Below are positions 22,376 to 29,345 of a DNA stretch of 29,371 nucleotides, piece after piece. Numbering within the stretch: position 1 is the first letter of the stretch; every line of letters starts with the position of its first letter. Below the pieces are notes generated by a model that saw only the letters and a list, made by a program, of their open reading frames with translations, was not told the origin of the DNA and did no database searches. The stretch comes from a virus. The stretch lies in IMG/VR virus record IMGVR_UViG_3300026522_000016; one strand, 5' to 3'. The position numbers and the translations under genes are program-made.

Positions 22376-23392
22376 CTACTCCAGCTGGCCATCCATGATC
22401 CCGACCAGCTTCTTTAGTGCGGCTTTCATGGTCTTCTGCCTTTCTTCGTCCGGCTCGTCATCGATGCAGTTCCGGCACTTGTTGAAGCTTTCCTGGAGCG
22501 CATCGGCTCTGACCTTGAAGGCGGCCACCTGCGGATCCGCTGTCTTTTCGAGTCTCCGGCTCTCGGCCTTCGCCTCCTCCAGCTCGGCTGCAAGGCGCCT
22601 CTTTTCCTTTTCCGCCTCGGCGACGGCTTCCTTCTTCGCCGCTTCCACCGCGTCCTGTGTCTCTTTTTCCTTCGCCTTTTCCGCGTCGGCTTTCGCCTTG
22701 GCCCTCGCCTCCTCGATCTTCTGCTTCAGTTCCGCCTTCAGGCTGGCCAGCTCTTGCTTCTTCTTTTCCAGCGCGTCCTCTGCGGCTTTCCGCTTTTCCT
22801 CTGCTTCCGGATTCTCTTTCCCCTTTTCTGCGGCCTCTTCCACTTCCTTCAGCCTATTCCTCATTTCCGCAAGCTCCGCCTTCATGGCTTTCGCTTCCTC
22901 AAACTGCTCTCTGATCTCATCATTGGAGTCGCGCAGCTCCTCATTTTCCTCTTTGACTCTTTTCAGTTCCGCCTCCAGTTCCCTCGCGGTCATCTCGGCG
23001 ACATTTTCGTTTTCCACGACCTCTTCGGCCACTTCTTCCGGTGCGGCTAAAAGCTTCCAAACCCTTGAAATTCCCAAATCCGACAACGTTGTCGTTTTTG
23101 CAAACAGGCTGTCTTCGTCGGACATTTTTTCGGCCAGTTTCATCATCCGATTTGCCTTCTTGGCGCTGAATTTCAGATTCTTTTCCATCCAGTCTTCCCA
23201 CTCGCCGTGGCCTACTCGCGTCTTGATCACGGACAGCCGGCGGCCGGATTCTGCTACCAGCCGGAGACTGATCCCCGCCACGGCTTCCGCCTGCGCATAC
23301 AGGGCATTTGCCTCGGAAGTGAGATCCTCCGTGGTCTTCCTGGTGAGGTCCACTACCTCACGGTATTCTTTCACATCTATAATGTTTTCCAT
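22376..23392 (-). CDS. DUF3102 protein with a long C-terminal coiled coil
   Basis: The N-terminal GHGEWEDWMEKNLKFSAKKANRMMKLAE matches the DUF3102 signature. The C-terminal half is E/K/A-rich coiled coil. Confidence 0.6.
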   Translation of the reverse strand: MENIIDVKEYREVVDLTRKTTEDLTSEANALYAQAEAVAGISLRLVAESGRRLSVIKTRVGHGEWEDWMEKNLKFSAKKANRMMKLAEKMSDEDSLFAKTTTLSDLGISRVWKLLAAPEEVAEEVVENENVAEMTARELEAELKRVKEENEELRDSNDEIREQFEEAKAMKAELAEMRNRLKEVEEAAEKGKENPEAEEKRKAAEDALEKKKQELASLKAELKQKIEEARAKAKADAEKAKEKETQDAVEAAKKEAVAEAEKEKRRLAAELEEAKAESRRLEKTADPQVAAFKVRADALQESFNKCRNCIDDEPDEERQKTMKAALKKLVGIMDGQLE

Positions 23393-23401
23393 GCTCCCTC
23401 C

Positions 23402-25030
23402 TTATGCGGCCGGTGCTCCGGCTCCTTTTGCCGCCTTCTTTTCTGCTTTTACCATTTTCCTGATCCGCTTCAGCAGCCACTCGTGCCAGCTTTCTATAAA
23501 CTTCTGGACATCATCCGGATAGGCGCAGTTGTGCAGCCCCCGGCACTGTACGATACCGCAATACTTGTTCAATTCGAGTGTAAAATACGGCGTTTCCGGA
23601 TCCTCGACTTTTCGGATAAATAGGATCGCCGCATCCCCTCGCTCCACTTTCTTGTCGTATATCCTTACGCAATGGCCAAGCACCCGCGACTCCTTCCCCA
23701 GCTCCGCCGGAGACTTTGCCGGCCGGATCAGCAGGCGGCCATCCGTCCACGGTTCCGTCATTGTCGTGATCCTCTTTTCCGCAGCGGCGAATTTCTCCAC
23801 TGCGACCTTATCTTTGATCAATGCGTACTTTTCCATCGCCTCATCGTGCATCTGTAGGAAATTTCTCGGATAGACTGTTTTCTTGTCCATCCGCCACCCC
23901 AGGGCTTCGGCCGCTTCTAGGTAGTCGGCATAATCCCCGAAAGTGATGTCGTCGTCCGTCGCTCTCCGCTCTTCCAGCAGCCGCTTCGCAACCTTTGAGA
24001 TGTCCGCACGCTCTTTGATCAAGTCCATCCCTTGATTGCTGCAGCAGTCCATCTTCGTGAGTTCTCTTACATCTGACGGCCTCACCCACGGGGCGCGCTT
24101 CTTCCATCTGTTCCAGTTTTCCATGAAGTAAGCGTTCACCTTCTCCTGCCGCAGCTCCCGCAGTTCGCTACGGTCGCACTTAAGGATCTTTCTCAGATCC
24201 TTCGACCTCAAATTCACCGTCCGCGTCTTCGTCCCGTCAATCACACGCTCCATCACGAGTCTCTCGAAGCCGCTTTTTTCCAGGACTTCAATTCCCGGAT
24301 ATTTCACAAAATCCGACATGTATCGGATCGTCTGCCTTGCTATCTCACTCTCATCATCCGACATGTATCGGATCGTCTGCCTTGCTATCTCACTCTCATC
24401 AAACATGGCCACTCTGCGCCAGAATTTGTCCGGTTCTGCATATTGCAAATCAATCCCAACATCCATGTTCCTGATATCGTCATGATAAATATGATCGTGA
24501 TATTTTGACCATCCCCACATGTTCGACGGTTTAACCCTGAGATTGATGGTTTTAACGCAATACCAGTGCGTCCGCCCATGCCATTTTTCAAAATCCCAGC
24601 GTTCCTGAGATTTCCCCGATATTCTGATTTGCGAGTCCGGCCCGATGCGGACTTTGGGCGGGAGCACGGTATAATCGATTGTGAAGATGTCAACATTCAC
24701 GAATGTCACTGACTTGATCCCTCTCGTCCAGATGATCCGTCCGCGATCCGTCAGCTTCTTGCGACCATATCTCACGTCCTTCTGCGTCACTTCGGCGCCG
24801 CAGTTCGGGCACCAGGTCTTCACCTTCCTTTCTTCTCCCTGCGGCGTGTGCACCGGGATGATTTCGCTCCCGCGCAGTTTCCCCCGGTGGCCGCAGCGGG
24901 TGCACTCCCACCAGTCTTCCTTCTGGGAAAAGAAGATGTAATTGATGTCCTGGCAGTTCTCCAGGATATATTTTTCCAGGCCCTTCGGCCGCGGAATCTT
25001 ATATGGTCTCGTGTCTTCCATCACAGCCAC
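23402..25030 (-). CDS. PcfJ-like protein with N-terminal zinc ribbons
   Basis: 542 aa. The N-terminus has CTRCGH...CPNCG. The C-terminus (LGHCVRIYDKKVERGDAAILFIRKVEDPETPYFTLELNKYCGIVQCRGLHN) fits the PcfJ domain pattern. Confidence 0.55.
   Translation of the reverse strand: MAVMEDTRPYKIPRPKGLEKYILENCQDINYIFFSQKEDWWECTRCGHRGKLRGSEIIPVHTPQGEERKVKTWCPNCGAEVTQKDVRYGRKKLTDRGRIIWTRGIKSVTFVNVDIFTIDYTVLPPKVRIGPDSQIRISGKSQERWDFEKWHGRTHWYCVKTINLRVKPSNMWGWSKYHDHIYHDDIRNMDVGIDLQYAEPDKFWRRVAMFDESEIARQTIRYMSDDESEIARQTIRYMSDFVKYPGIEVLEKSGFERLVMERVIDGTKTRTVNLRSKDLRKILKCDRSELRELRQEKVNAYFMENWNRWKKRAPWVRPSDVRELTKMDCCSNQGMDLIKERADISKVAKRLLEERRATDDDITFGDYADYLEAAEALGWRMDKKTVYPRNFLQMHDEAMEKYALIKDKVAVEKFAAAEKRITTMTEPWTDGRLLIRPAKSPAELGKESRVLGHCVRIYDKKVERGDAAILFIRKVEDPETPYFTLELNKYCGIVQCRGLHNCAYPDDVQKFIESWHEWLLKRIRKMVKAEKKAAKGAGAPAA
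24311..24400. repeat. Perfect 45-bp tandem duplication (2 copies, in frame) inside the PcfJ-like gene
   Basis: 24311-24355 equals 24356-24400. It encodes DESEIARQTIRYMSD twice. Confidence 0.9.
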
Positions 25031-25033
25031 CTC

Positions 25034-25360
25034 CTACAGCAGATCCGTGATGTCGAGCACACTTCCGTCTCTCGGCCGTGCTTCCTTCAGGTCTGCATCG
25101 GTGATCTCGAAGTAGTCCCGGATGATCTCAAATCCTTCTTCCGGCGGGATATATGCACAGTTTCCCACTTTCCGCTTCATCGCCACCTTTTTCATGGCGT
25201 CGAATGCTCCCTGCAAGGTCTTTTTCTCTTCCAAAATCTTGTCTGCGACAGTATCTGTCGTGCAGATGCTGGTCAGATATTCTTCAAATGGCACAAGGTG
25301 CCCATGATTTTCACATTCTTTTGTCATCTTTTCGATGGCTTTATCTGTTTTCTGCGACAT
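25034..25360 (-). CDS. PcfK-like protein (the family also annotated as AcrIIA9-type Cas9 inhibitors); candidate only
   Basis: 108 aa, immediately upstream of the PcfJ-like gene (the pCF10-type pcfK-pcfJ pairing). The TLQGAFDAMKKVAMKRKVGNCAYIPPEEGFEIIRDYF segment resembles the PcfK core as I recall it. Confidence 0.4.
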   Translation of the reverse strand: MSQKTDKAIEKMTKECENHGHLVPFEEYLTSICTTDTVADKILEEKKTLQGAFDAMKKVAMKRKVGNCAYIPPEEGFEIIRDYFEITDADLKEARPRDGSVLDITDLL

Positions 25361-25374
25361 TGCTCTCTCCTTTC

Positions 25375-25488
25375 TTACAGTCCTGCGGCAACGCCGGCAA
25401 ACTCCACGGCGCTCACAGCCAGCAGGCTCCCGATGATGATTCCGGCCACGATCAGGCCGACCACGATATCTTCAATTTTCTGCTTCAT
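25375..25488 (-). CDS. Small single-pass membrane peptide (37 aa), not in the ORF track
   Basis: SD GGGAGGAG lies 6 nt before the ATG at 25488. Translation is MKQKIEDIVVGLIVAGIIIGSLLAVSAVEFAGVAAGL. It fills the gap between listed ORFs. Confidence 0.5.
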   Translation of the reverse strand: MKQKIEDIVVGLIVAGIIIGSLLAVSAVEFAGVAAGL

Positions 25489-25708
25489 CTTCTTCTCCTC
25501 CCAGCATCTCCCGGAGCTTCCGGATCATCGCCTGATCTCTTATCTCCCGTTTTTTGACCAACCAGTATCGGCAGGTGTATATGCTCCGTCCATCCGGATC
25601 ATAATACGGGCACGCTTCGCAGCAGTGCACACACACAGGCGCTCCGCCGTGCTCCGGGCACTGACGCCATTCCCTGGCGTCCGACTTTCCGCACTTTGGG
25701 CATCTCAT
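25472..25708 (-). CDS. Cys-rich zinc-finger protein (78 aa)
   Basis: CPKC...CPEH...CVHCCEACP. ATGA overlap with the upstream gene. Confidence 0.6.
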   Translation of the reverse strand: MRCPKCGKSDAREWRQCPEHGGAPVCVHCCEACPYYDPDGRSIYTCRYWLVKKREIRDQAMIRKLREMLGGEEDEAEN

Positions 25709-25968
25709 CTTGACAGCCTCCGGAGCACGTCCCGCAGGATGGCCAGCTTGCTGTCAGCAGTCACATCAATTTCCGTCCCGAAGCCGTTGCGGAAAGTCAC
25801 CGTGACTTTCTCACTGATCACTTCCATTTCTCCGGCCAGCACCGGCGCGTACTCCATCTTTTTCACGTTCATGATCTCTTCTTCACGGAAGAGATCGGAC
25901 AACTTTTCAACAAAGTGTCTCTTCCCCATGTAGGCCTTCATCGCCTCATTCGTCAGTTTTACACTCAA
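25705..25968 (-). CDS. Hypothetical protein (87 aa)
   Basis: An ORF in the coupled early array with no recognisable motif. Confidence 0.55.
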   Translation of the reverse strand: MSVKLTNEAMKAYMGKRHFVEKLSDLFREEEIMNVKKMEYAPVLAGEMEVISEKVTVTFRNGFGTEIDVTADSKLAILRDVLRRLSR

Positions 25969-26326
25969 TGGTGACCTCCAATCTCTTCTTGCGGCTGAAT
26001 TTCAATCCGCTTGCTGTTCTCTTGATTTCGATTTCCTGTTCTTCCCATGTGATGGTGGCCACATTGAGTCTGCCGGCGATCACGAGATCTGCCAGCTCCA
26101 GCACGATCCGGACGGTCTCATCGTCCAGAGGAGTAATTTCTTTTTCTTTGTATTCAGCCGCGCTGTCTCTGATCTTCCGCCGAAACTCCCACCGTATCCG
26201 CTCCGGCTTTCCCTCCGGGCACTTACAAGTTTCCGTGGCCTTGCGGTCCGCCTCCTCCTGCGTCTCTGCTTGCATCGTCTGCCCTGTTCCGCATACCGCG
26301 CAGAATCCTGTCATCATTCTCGCCAT
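25946..26326 (-). CDS. Hypothetical protein with an N-terminal CxxC...CxC motif (126 aa)
   Basis: Start chosen at 26326 (SD GGAGGA). Confidence 0.55.
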   Translation of the reverse strand: MARMMTGFCAVCGTGQTMQAETQEEADRKATETCKCPEGKPERIRWEFRRKIRDSAAEYKEKEITPLDDETVRIVLELADLVIAGRLNVATITWEEQEIEIKRTASGLKFSRKKRLEVTIECKTDE

Positions 26327-26481
26327 CTTTTTTCCTCCGTTCCAAACATCGTCTCGTGCAGCGTCCGGATCATCCACTTGATCGTGTCCTGATCCGTCTC
26401 ATGCGCGTACAGCTCCGTCAAGTCCGCCAGCTTGTCGTATTCCTCTCCTGTAAGGCCTACAAGCACATTTATTTCTCCCAT
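26314..26481 (-). CDS. Small hypothetical protein (55 aa), not in the ORF track
   Basis: ATG at 26481 with GAGGAA upstream. Translation is MGEINVLVGLTGEEYDKLADLTELYAHETDQDTIKWMIRTLHETMFGTEEKRWRE. It bridges an otherwise unassigned ~140-nt stretch. Confidence 0.45.
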   Translation of the reverse strand: MGEINVLVGLTGEEYDKLADLTELYAHETDQDTIKWMIRTLHETMFGTEEKRWRE

Positions 26482-26636
26482 GACTTCCTCGCTTTCTTTT
26501 TCTGTGTCTGGATCACCGCCGCCTCCGGCTGATGCTTTCTGCCAATGAGTGCGCGGTCTATCTTCGCGCAGATTCCTTCGTACTCCAGCCGCTCGTTTTC
26601 TTCCTCGGCGGCGGATTTTTTTCTCGGCCGCTTCAT
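26469..26636 (-). CDS. Small basic hypothetical protein (55 aa)
   Basis: Start chosen at 26636 (SD AGGAG 7 nt upstream, just after the upstream TAG) rather than at 26666. Confidence 0.45.
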   Translation of the reverse strand: MKRPRKKSAAEEENERLEYEGICAKIDRALIGRKHQPEAAVIQTQKKKARKSWEK

Positions 26637-26646
26637 CGCTTTTCTC

Positions 26647-26988
26647 CTATTCCGGCGTGATCTCATCGCAATAGTTGCGGCCGATCAGCGCCATCCACTC
26701 CCTGACAGCCTGCTGCAGGCTCACTCCGGCGTCCATCTGCTCCCGGATGTACTTTTTCTCGAAATGCTGCTTCCAGCGGGCATTCTCTCTTTTAGCCCAT
26801 TCCGTGCAGTTCGCCTGGATTTCCCGGTGATGCTCCGGGCACAAGTCGATTTGAAACTTGTTCCGGATACTGATCTGCCGGTTCGGACCGGGGAAAACCT
26901 CGTGCCTCTCGGCATACGGCCGTCCGCAGTAGTAGCAGAAACGCTCCGGCTTTTCCTTCCAGCCGTTGTATAAAAGTTTCTTCTTCAT
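26647..26988 (-). CDS. Zinc-binding HNH/NinG-like (DUF968-like) putative nuclease
   Basis: Start chosen at 26988 (ATGA overlap). The CYYCG...HEVF.G.NR...CPEHH arrangement resembles NinG/DUF968-type recombination nucleases. Confidence 0.45.
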   Translation of the reverse strand: MKKKLLYNGWKEKPERFCYYCGRPYAERHEVFPGPNRQISIRNKFQIDLCPEHHREIQANCTEWAKRENARWKQHFEKKYIREQMDAGVSLQQAVREWMALIGRNYCDEITPE

Positions 26989-27182
26989 CTCACTTCCTGC
27001 ATGATCCTTTCTGCCACATCTGGAATGTAATACCGATTCCCGATCCCGGTAATTCCATGTACGATTTCCCGTACTTTTGCTTTGTCGCTGTATCCCAGGC
27101 ACTGCCTGATTTCCTTTTGCGATATAAATTCCGCTCCTCCGGCGGCTTTTCTCAGTGCTGCCGTAACATCTGATTTAATCAT
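26985..27182 (-). CDS. Small early protein, possible DNA-binding (Cro/excisionase-like)
   Basis: 65 aa. Strong SD GGGAGGTG. The ISQKEIRQCLGYSDKAKVREIV segment is HTH-like. Confidence 0.45.
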   Translation of the reverse strand: MIKSDVTAALRKAAGGAEFISQKEIRQCLGYSDKAKVREIVHGITGIGNRYYIPDVAERIMQEVR

Positions 27183-27204
27183 CTTCTCACCTCCCTCTTT
27201 AGCG

Positions 27205-27213
27205 TGTTATAAT
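27205..27213 (+). promoter_or_regulatory. Extended -10 promoter element TGtTATAAT for the embedded + strand gene
   Basis: TGTTATAAT lies 50 nt upstream of the ATG at 27263. There is no good -35. Confidence 0.45.
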
Positions 27214-27262
27214 CTCCTTACAGGGCACTGCCATGCCCGAGTATTATGAAAGGAGATTTTTT

Positions 27263-27439
27263 ATGAAACTATCTGACGCAGAGCTCAGATCTCTAAATTT
27301 CGCGAAAGACATCACGATCGCCAAACTTTCTGCAGACGCCTCAACCGCCCCTAATGCCGCTTCCGGTAAAGAAATCGGTGAAATGTTTACCGAAATCTAC
27401 AAGGCTATTTTGGCTATTGCGGATAAAGAAGATTCGTAA
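27263..27439 (+). CDS. Small hypothetical protein (58 aa) encoded antisense within the early lytic operon
   Basis: Start chosen at 27263 (SD AAAGGAG). Its 3' end overlaps the convergent gene 27414-27581 by 26 nt. Confidence 0.5.
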   Translation: MKLSDAELRSLNFAKDITIAKLSADASTAPNAASGKEIGEMFTEIYKAILAIADKEDS

Positions 27440-27581
27440 TCGCTTTTGCAATCTCGGGCACGGTGCACACAGCCGCCTCACAGGCCGGATGCTCCGTGTC
27501 CGTTACTTCTTTTAGATAATTCATCAGCACCTCAATGAGTTCATCCTTGACTTCTTCGTTGCTGTTGTATCTTTTTTCCAT
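27414..27581 (-). CDS. First early (Cro-position) small acidic protein (55 aa)
   Basis: Start chosen at 27581 (SD GGGAGGTG). The Met at 27623 has no SD. Confidence 0.5.
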   Translation of the reverse strand: MEKRYNSNEEVKDELIEVLMNYLKEVTDTEHPACEAAVCTVPEIAKAITNLLYPQ

Positions 27582-27640
27582 CTTCTCACCTCCCTCTTCA
27601 GAGCGCTCGGCCCTCTTCAACATTGTTTAGTTAATTCTAA

Positions 27641-27669
27641 ATTCTATCATTCAACTCTGCCTCTGTCAA
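27641..27669 (-). promoter_or_regulatory. Early lytic promoter: TTGACA, 17-nt spacer, TAGAAT (minus strand)
   Basis: tgtcaa at 27664-27669 and attcta at 27641-27646 on the + strand are the reverse complements of consensus-like -35 and -10 elements. Confidence 0.6.
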
Positions 27670-27699
27670 TATGTTTTTTTAGTTTACTAAAATTATTAT

Positions 27700-27728
27700 T
27701 TGATTTTCTAAATACATTAAAGTATAAT
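27700..27728 (+). promoter_or_regulatory. Repressor/integrase promoter: TTGATT, 17-nt spacer, TATAAT
   Basis: TTGATT at 27700-27705 and TATAAT at 27723-27728, 27 nt before the repressor ATG (SD GGAGG). Confidence 0.65.
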
Positions 27729-27754
27729 TAACGCATTAGGAATGGAGGTACTTC

Positions 27755-28132
27755 ATGGATATAAGGACAATGCGATTACGCAAGTTATTTGAAAGCTCCG
27801 GACTCACTCAATCAGATATTTGTAAACAGACTAATATAAACAAAGGATCACTTAGCTCTTATCTTTCTGGTAGGTATTTCCCAAAACAAAAATCGCTAGA
27901 AAAATTGGCTAACATATTCGGTGTTCCCATTGAATACCTTATGGGCCTGTCTGACGACGCTGGCGCTCCCTCTTCAGACAGCTCGCTTACTGACGGTGAG
28001 CAGCAAATCGTCAGCAGCTTCCGCCAGCTCAACGAAGAAGGCCGCGAACGCCTTCTCACTTATGCCGACGACCTTGTCGCCTCCGGAAGATATATAAAAA
28101 CTAACGAGGATGCGCTGGTGGAAGGCGCGTAG
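27755..28132 (+). CDS. XRE-family HTH repressor (CI-like), without a peptidase S24 domain
   Basis: LTQSDICKQTNINKGSLSSYLSGRYFPKQKSLEKLANIFGVPIEYL is a canonical HTH_3 sequence. It is divergent from the early operon and upstream of int. Confidence 0.85.
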   Translation: MDIRTMRLRKLFESSGLTQSDICKQTNINKGSLSSYLSGRYFPKQKSLEKLANIFGVPIEYLMGLSDDAGAPSSDSSLTDGEQQIVSSFRQLNEEGRERLLTYADDLVASGRYIKTNEDALVEGA

Positions 28133-28156
28133 GTGATTGATTAAAGGATTCTTATT

Positions 28157-29230
28157 ATGTCTAAGAAATATAAACATGAAAAAACCTTTACATACAACGG
28201 CAAACGATATCACGTCTATGCCGATACGCAAATTGAACTTGGAAGGAAAATTCAGAAGAAGATCGCAGCCCTGGAGTCAGGCTCTCGTGTGGTCAGCGGC
28301 GACACCACTCTGGCCAACTGGGCAGAAAAGTGCATCGAAGCATATAAGTCTGATCAGAGCGATGTCACTCGAAAAAAATATATTAACCGAGTAAAAAGGT
28401 GCATCTTAACCGAACTCGGCGATCTTCCTTTAAAACGCATCACTCCTATGCACTGCCAGAGCATCATGAACAGTCAGGCCGGCAAAAGTCATACGCAAAT
28501 CAACGAGGTTTACCAGGCTTTGAAGTTCCTCTTCAAACATGCTTTGGCCAACGGTCTTATCGCATCCGATCCGACTGTCCATCTGGCCAAGCCTAAAGCA
28601 AAGCGCGTCAAGTCCCGCAGAGCGCTCACAGCATATGAGCGTGAGCAGGTAATTTCTCTCGCGTCTACTGATCGGCGGTGGTACCTTTACCTTCTGATGC
28701 TCGGATGTGGCTGCCGTCCTTCCGAAGCTGCTGAGTGCAAAGGTATGGACATCACTATATCCGAAGGCCATCCGATGCTGCATATACGAGGGACAAAAAC
28801 CCCGCTGTCCGATCGGCTCGTGCCTATTCCGGAATTCCTTTACGCGCTCATCAAAGACACTCCGCGGGTGGAGTATATCGCCCAGAACCGGAAAGGTAAC
28901 CGGATCACGAATATGGATAGACTGTGGAAAGGATTTAAGTACCATCTCAATATTCAAATGGGATGCAAAACTTACCGGAACCAATTAGTTCCACCATATC
29001 CCCTGGCTCCCGATCTGGTCCCGTACTGCTTTCGTCATGAGTTTTGCACCAATCTTGCCCGCGAGGGAATCGATATTCGCATAGCGCAAAGGCTCATGGG
29101 GCATTCAGACATTGCGCTTACCGCAAATATTTACACCAACTTCGATCAAAGTGACTTGATAAAAACCGCCGAAAAAATCGGTACTGTCGTACCTGGTGTC
29201 GTACCCACGGACGATATCGTTGAAAAATAG
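28157..29230 (+). CDS. int: Tyrosine integrase (phage integrase family)
   Basis: 357 aa with an N-terminal arm-binding-type domain. Box I is GCRPSEA. Box II is CFRHEFCTNLAREGIDIRIAQRLMGHSDIALTANIYTN (R, H-x-x-R, Y). Confidence 0.9.
   Translation: MSKKYKHEKTFTYNGKRYHVYADTQIELGRKIQKKIAALESGSRVVSGDTTLANWAEKCIEAYKSDQSDVTRKKYINRVKRCILTELGDLPLKRITPMHCQSIMNSQAGKSHTQINEVYQALKFLFKHALANGLIASDPTVHLAKPKAKRVKSRRALTAYEREQVISLASTDRRWYLYLLMLGCGCRPSEAAECKGMDITISEGHPMLHIRGTKTPLSDRLVPIPEFLYALIKDTPRVEYIAQNRKGNRITNMDRLWKGFKYHLNIQMGCKTYRNQLVPPYPLAPDLVPYCFRHEFCTNLAREGIDIRIAQRLMGHSDIALTANIYTNFDQSDLIKTAEKIGTVVPGVVPTDDIVEK
29185..29205 (+). promoter_or_regulatory. Two tandem TGTCGTACC repeats with 12-bp spacing; candidate integrase arm-type sites (P arm), inside the int 3' end
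   Basis: TGTCGTACCtggTGTCGTACC, 40 nt upstream of the att core. Same motif and same orientation as 165-187. Confidence 0.45.
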
Positions 29231-29244
29231 CGATTCTGCCGCGC

Positions 29245-29290
29245 TTTCCTAAACCGTGCGTCGGGTGTTCGAATCGCCTCTGGGGCACCA
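29245..29290 (+). tRNA. Partial tRNA-Arg(CCU) 3' segment (attP core), copy 2, 14 nt after the int stop
   Basis: Same parse as 1-46. The upstream sequence lacks a D-arm and the 5' acceptor strand GCCCCAG. Confidence 0.6.
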
Positions 29291-29296
29291 TTCTTA

Positions 29297-29345
29297 AAAG
29301 CCTTGCAAACGCTGAAAATTCAACGTTCGTGCAAGGCTTTGTTTT
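29297..29345 (+). terminator. Rho-independent terminator (copy of 53-101)
   Basis: Same 11-bp stem and T-rich tail, within the terminal repeat. Confidence 0.7.

Noticed and set aside
22029-23522. 497-aa + strand ORF, the longest on that strand
   Set aside because: The translation is low-complexity and Ser/Ala/Phe-rich. It is the antisense shadow of the E/K/A coiled-coil DUF3102 gene and the lipoprotein gene, it has no SD, and it runs against the uniform minus-strand gene array.
24311-24400. CRISPR array
   Set aside because: There are only two directly abutting 45-bp copies with no spacers, they lie inside an ORF and in frame, and there are no cas genes. No other array-like repeats were seen anywhere in the window.
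29245-29290. An intact tRNA gene
   Set aside because: Only cloverleaf positions 31-76 are present. The sequence upstream (the int stop plus 14 nt) has no D-arm and no GCCCCAG acceptor strand, and it gives a C:C mismatch in the would-be anticodon stem.
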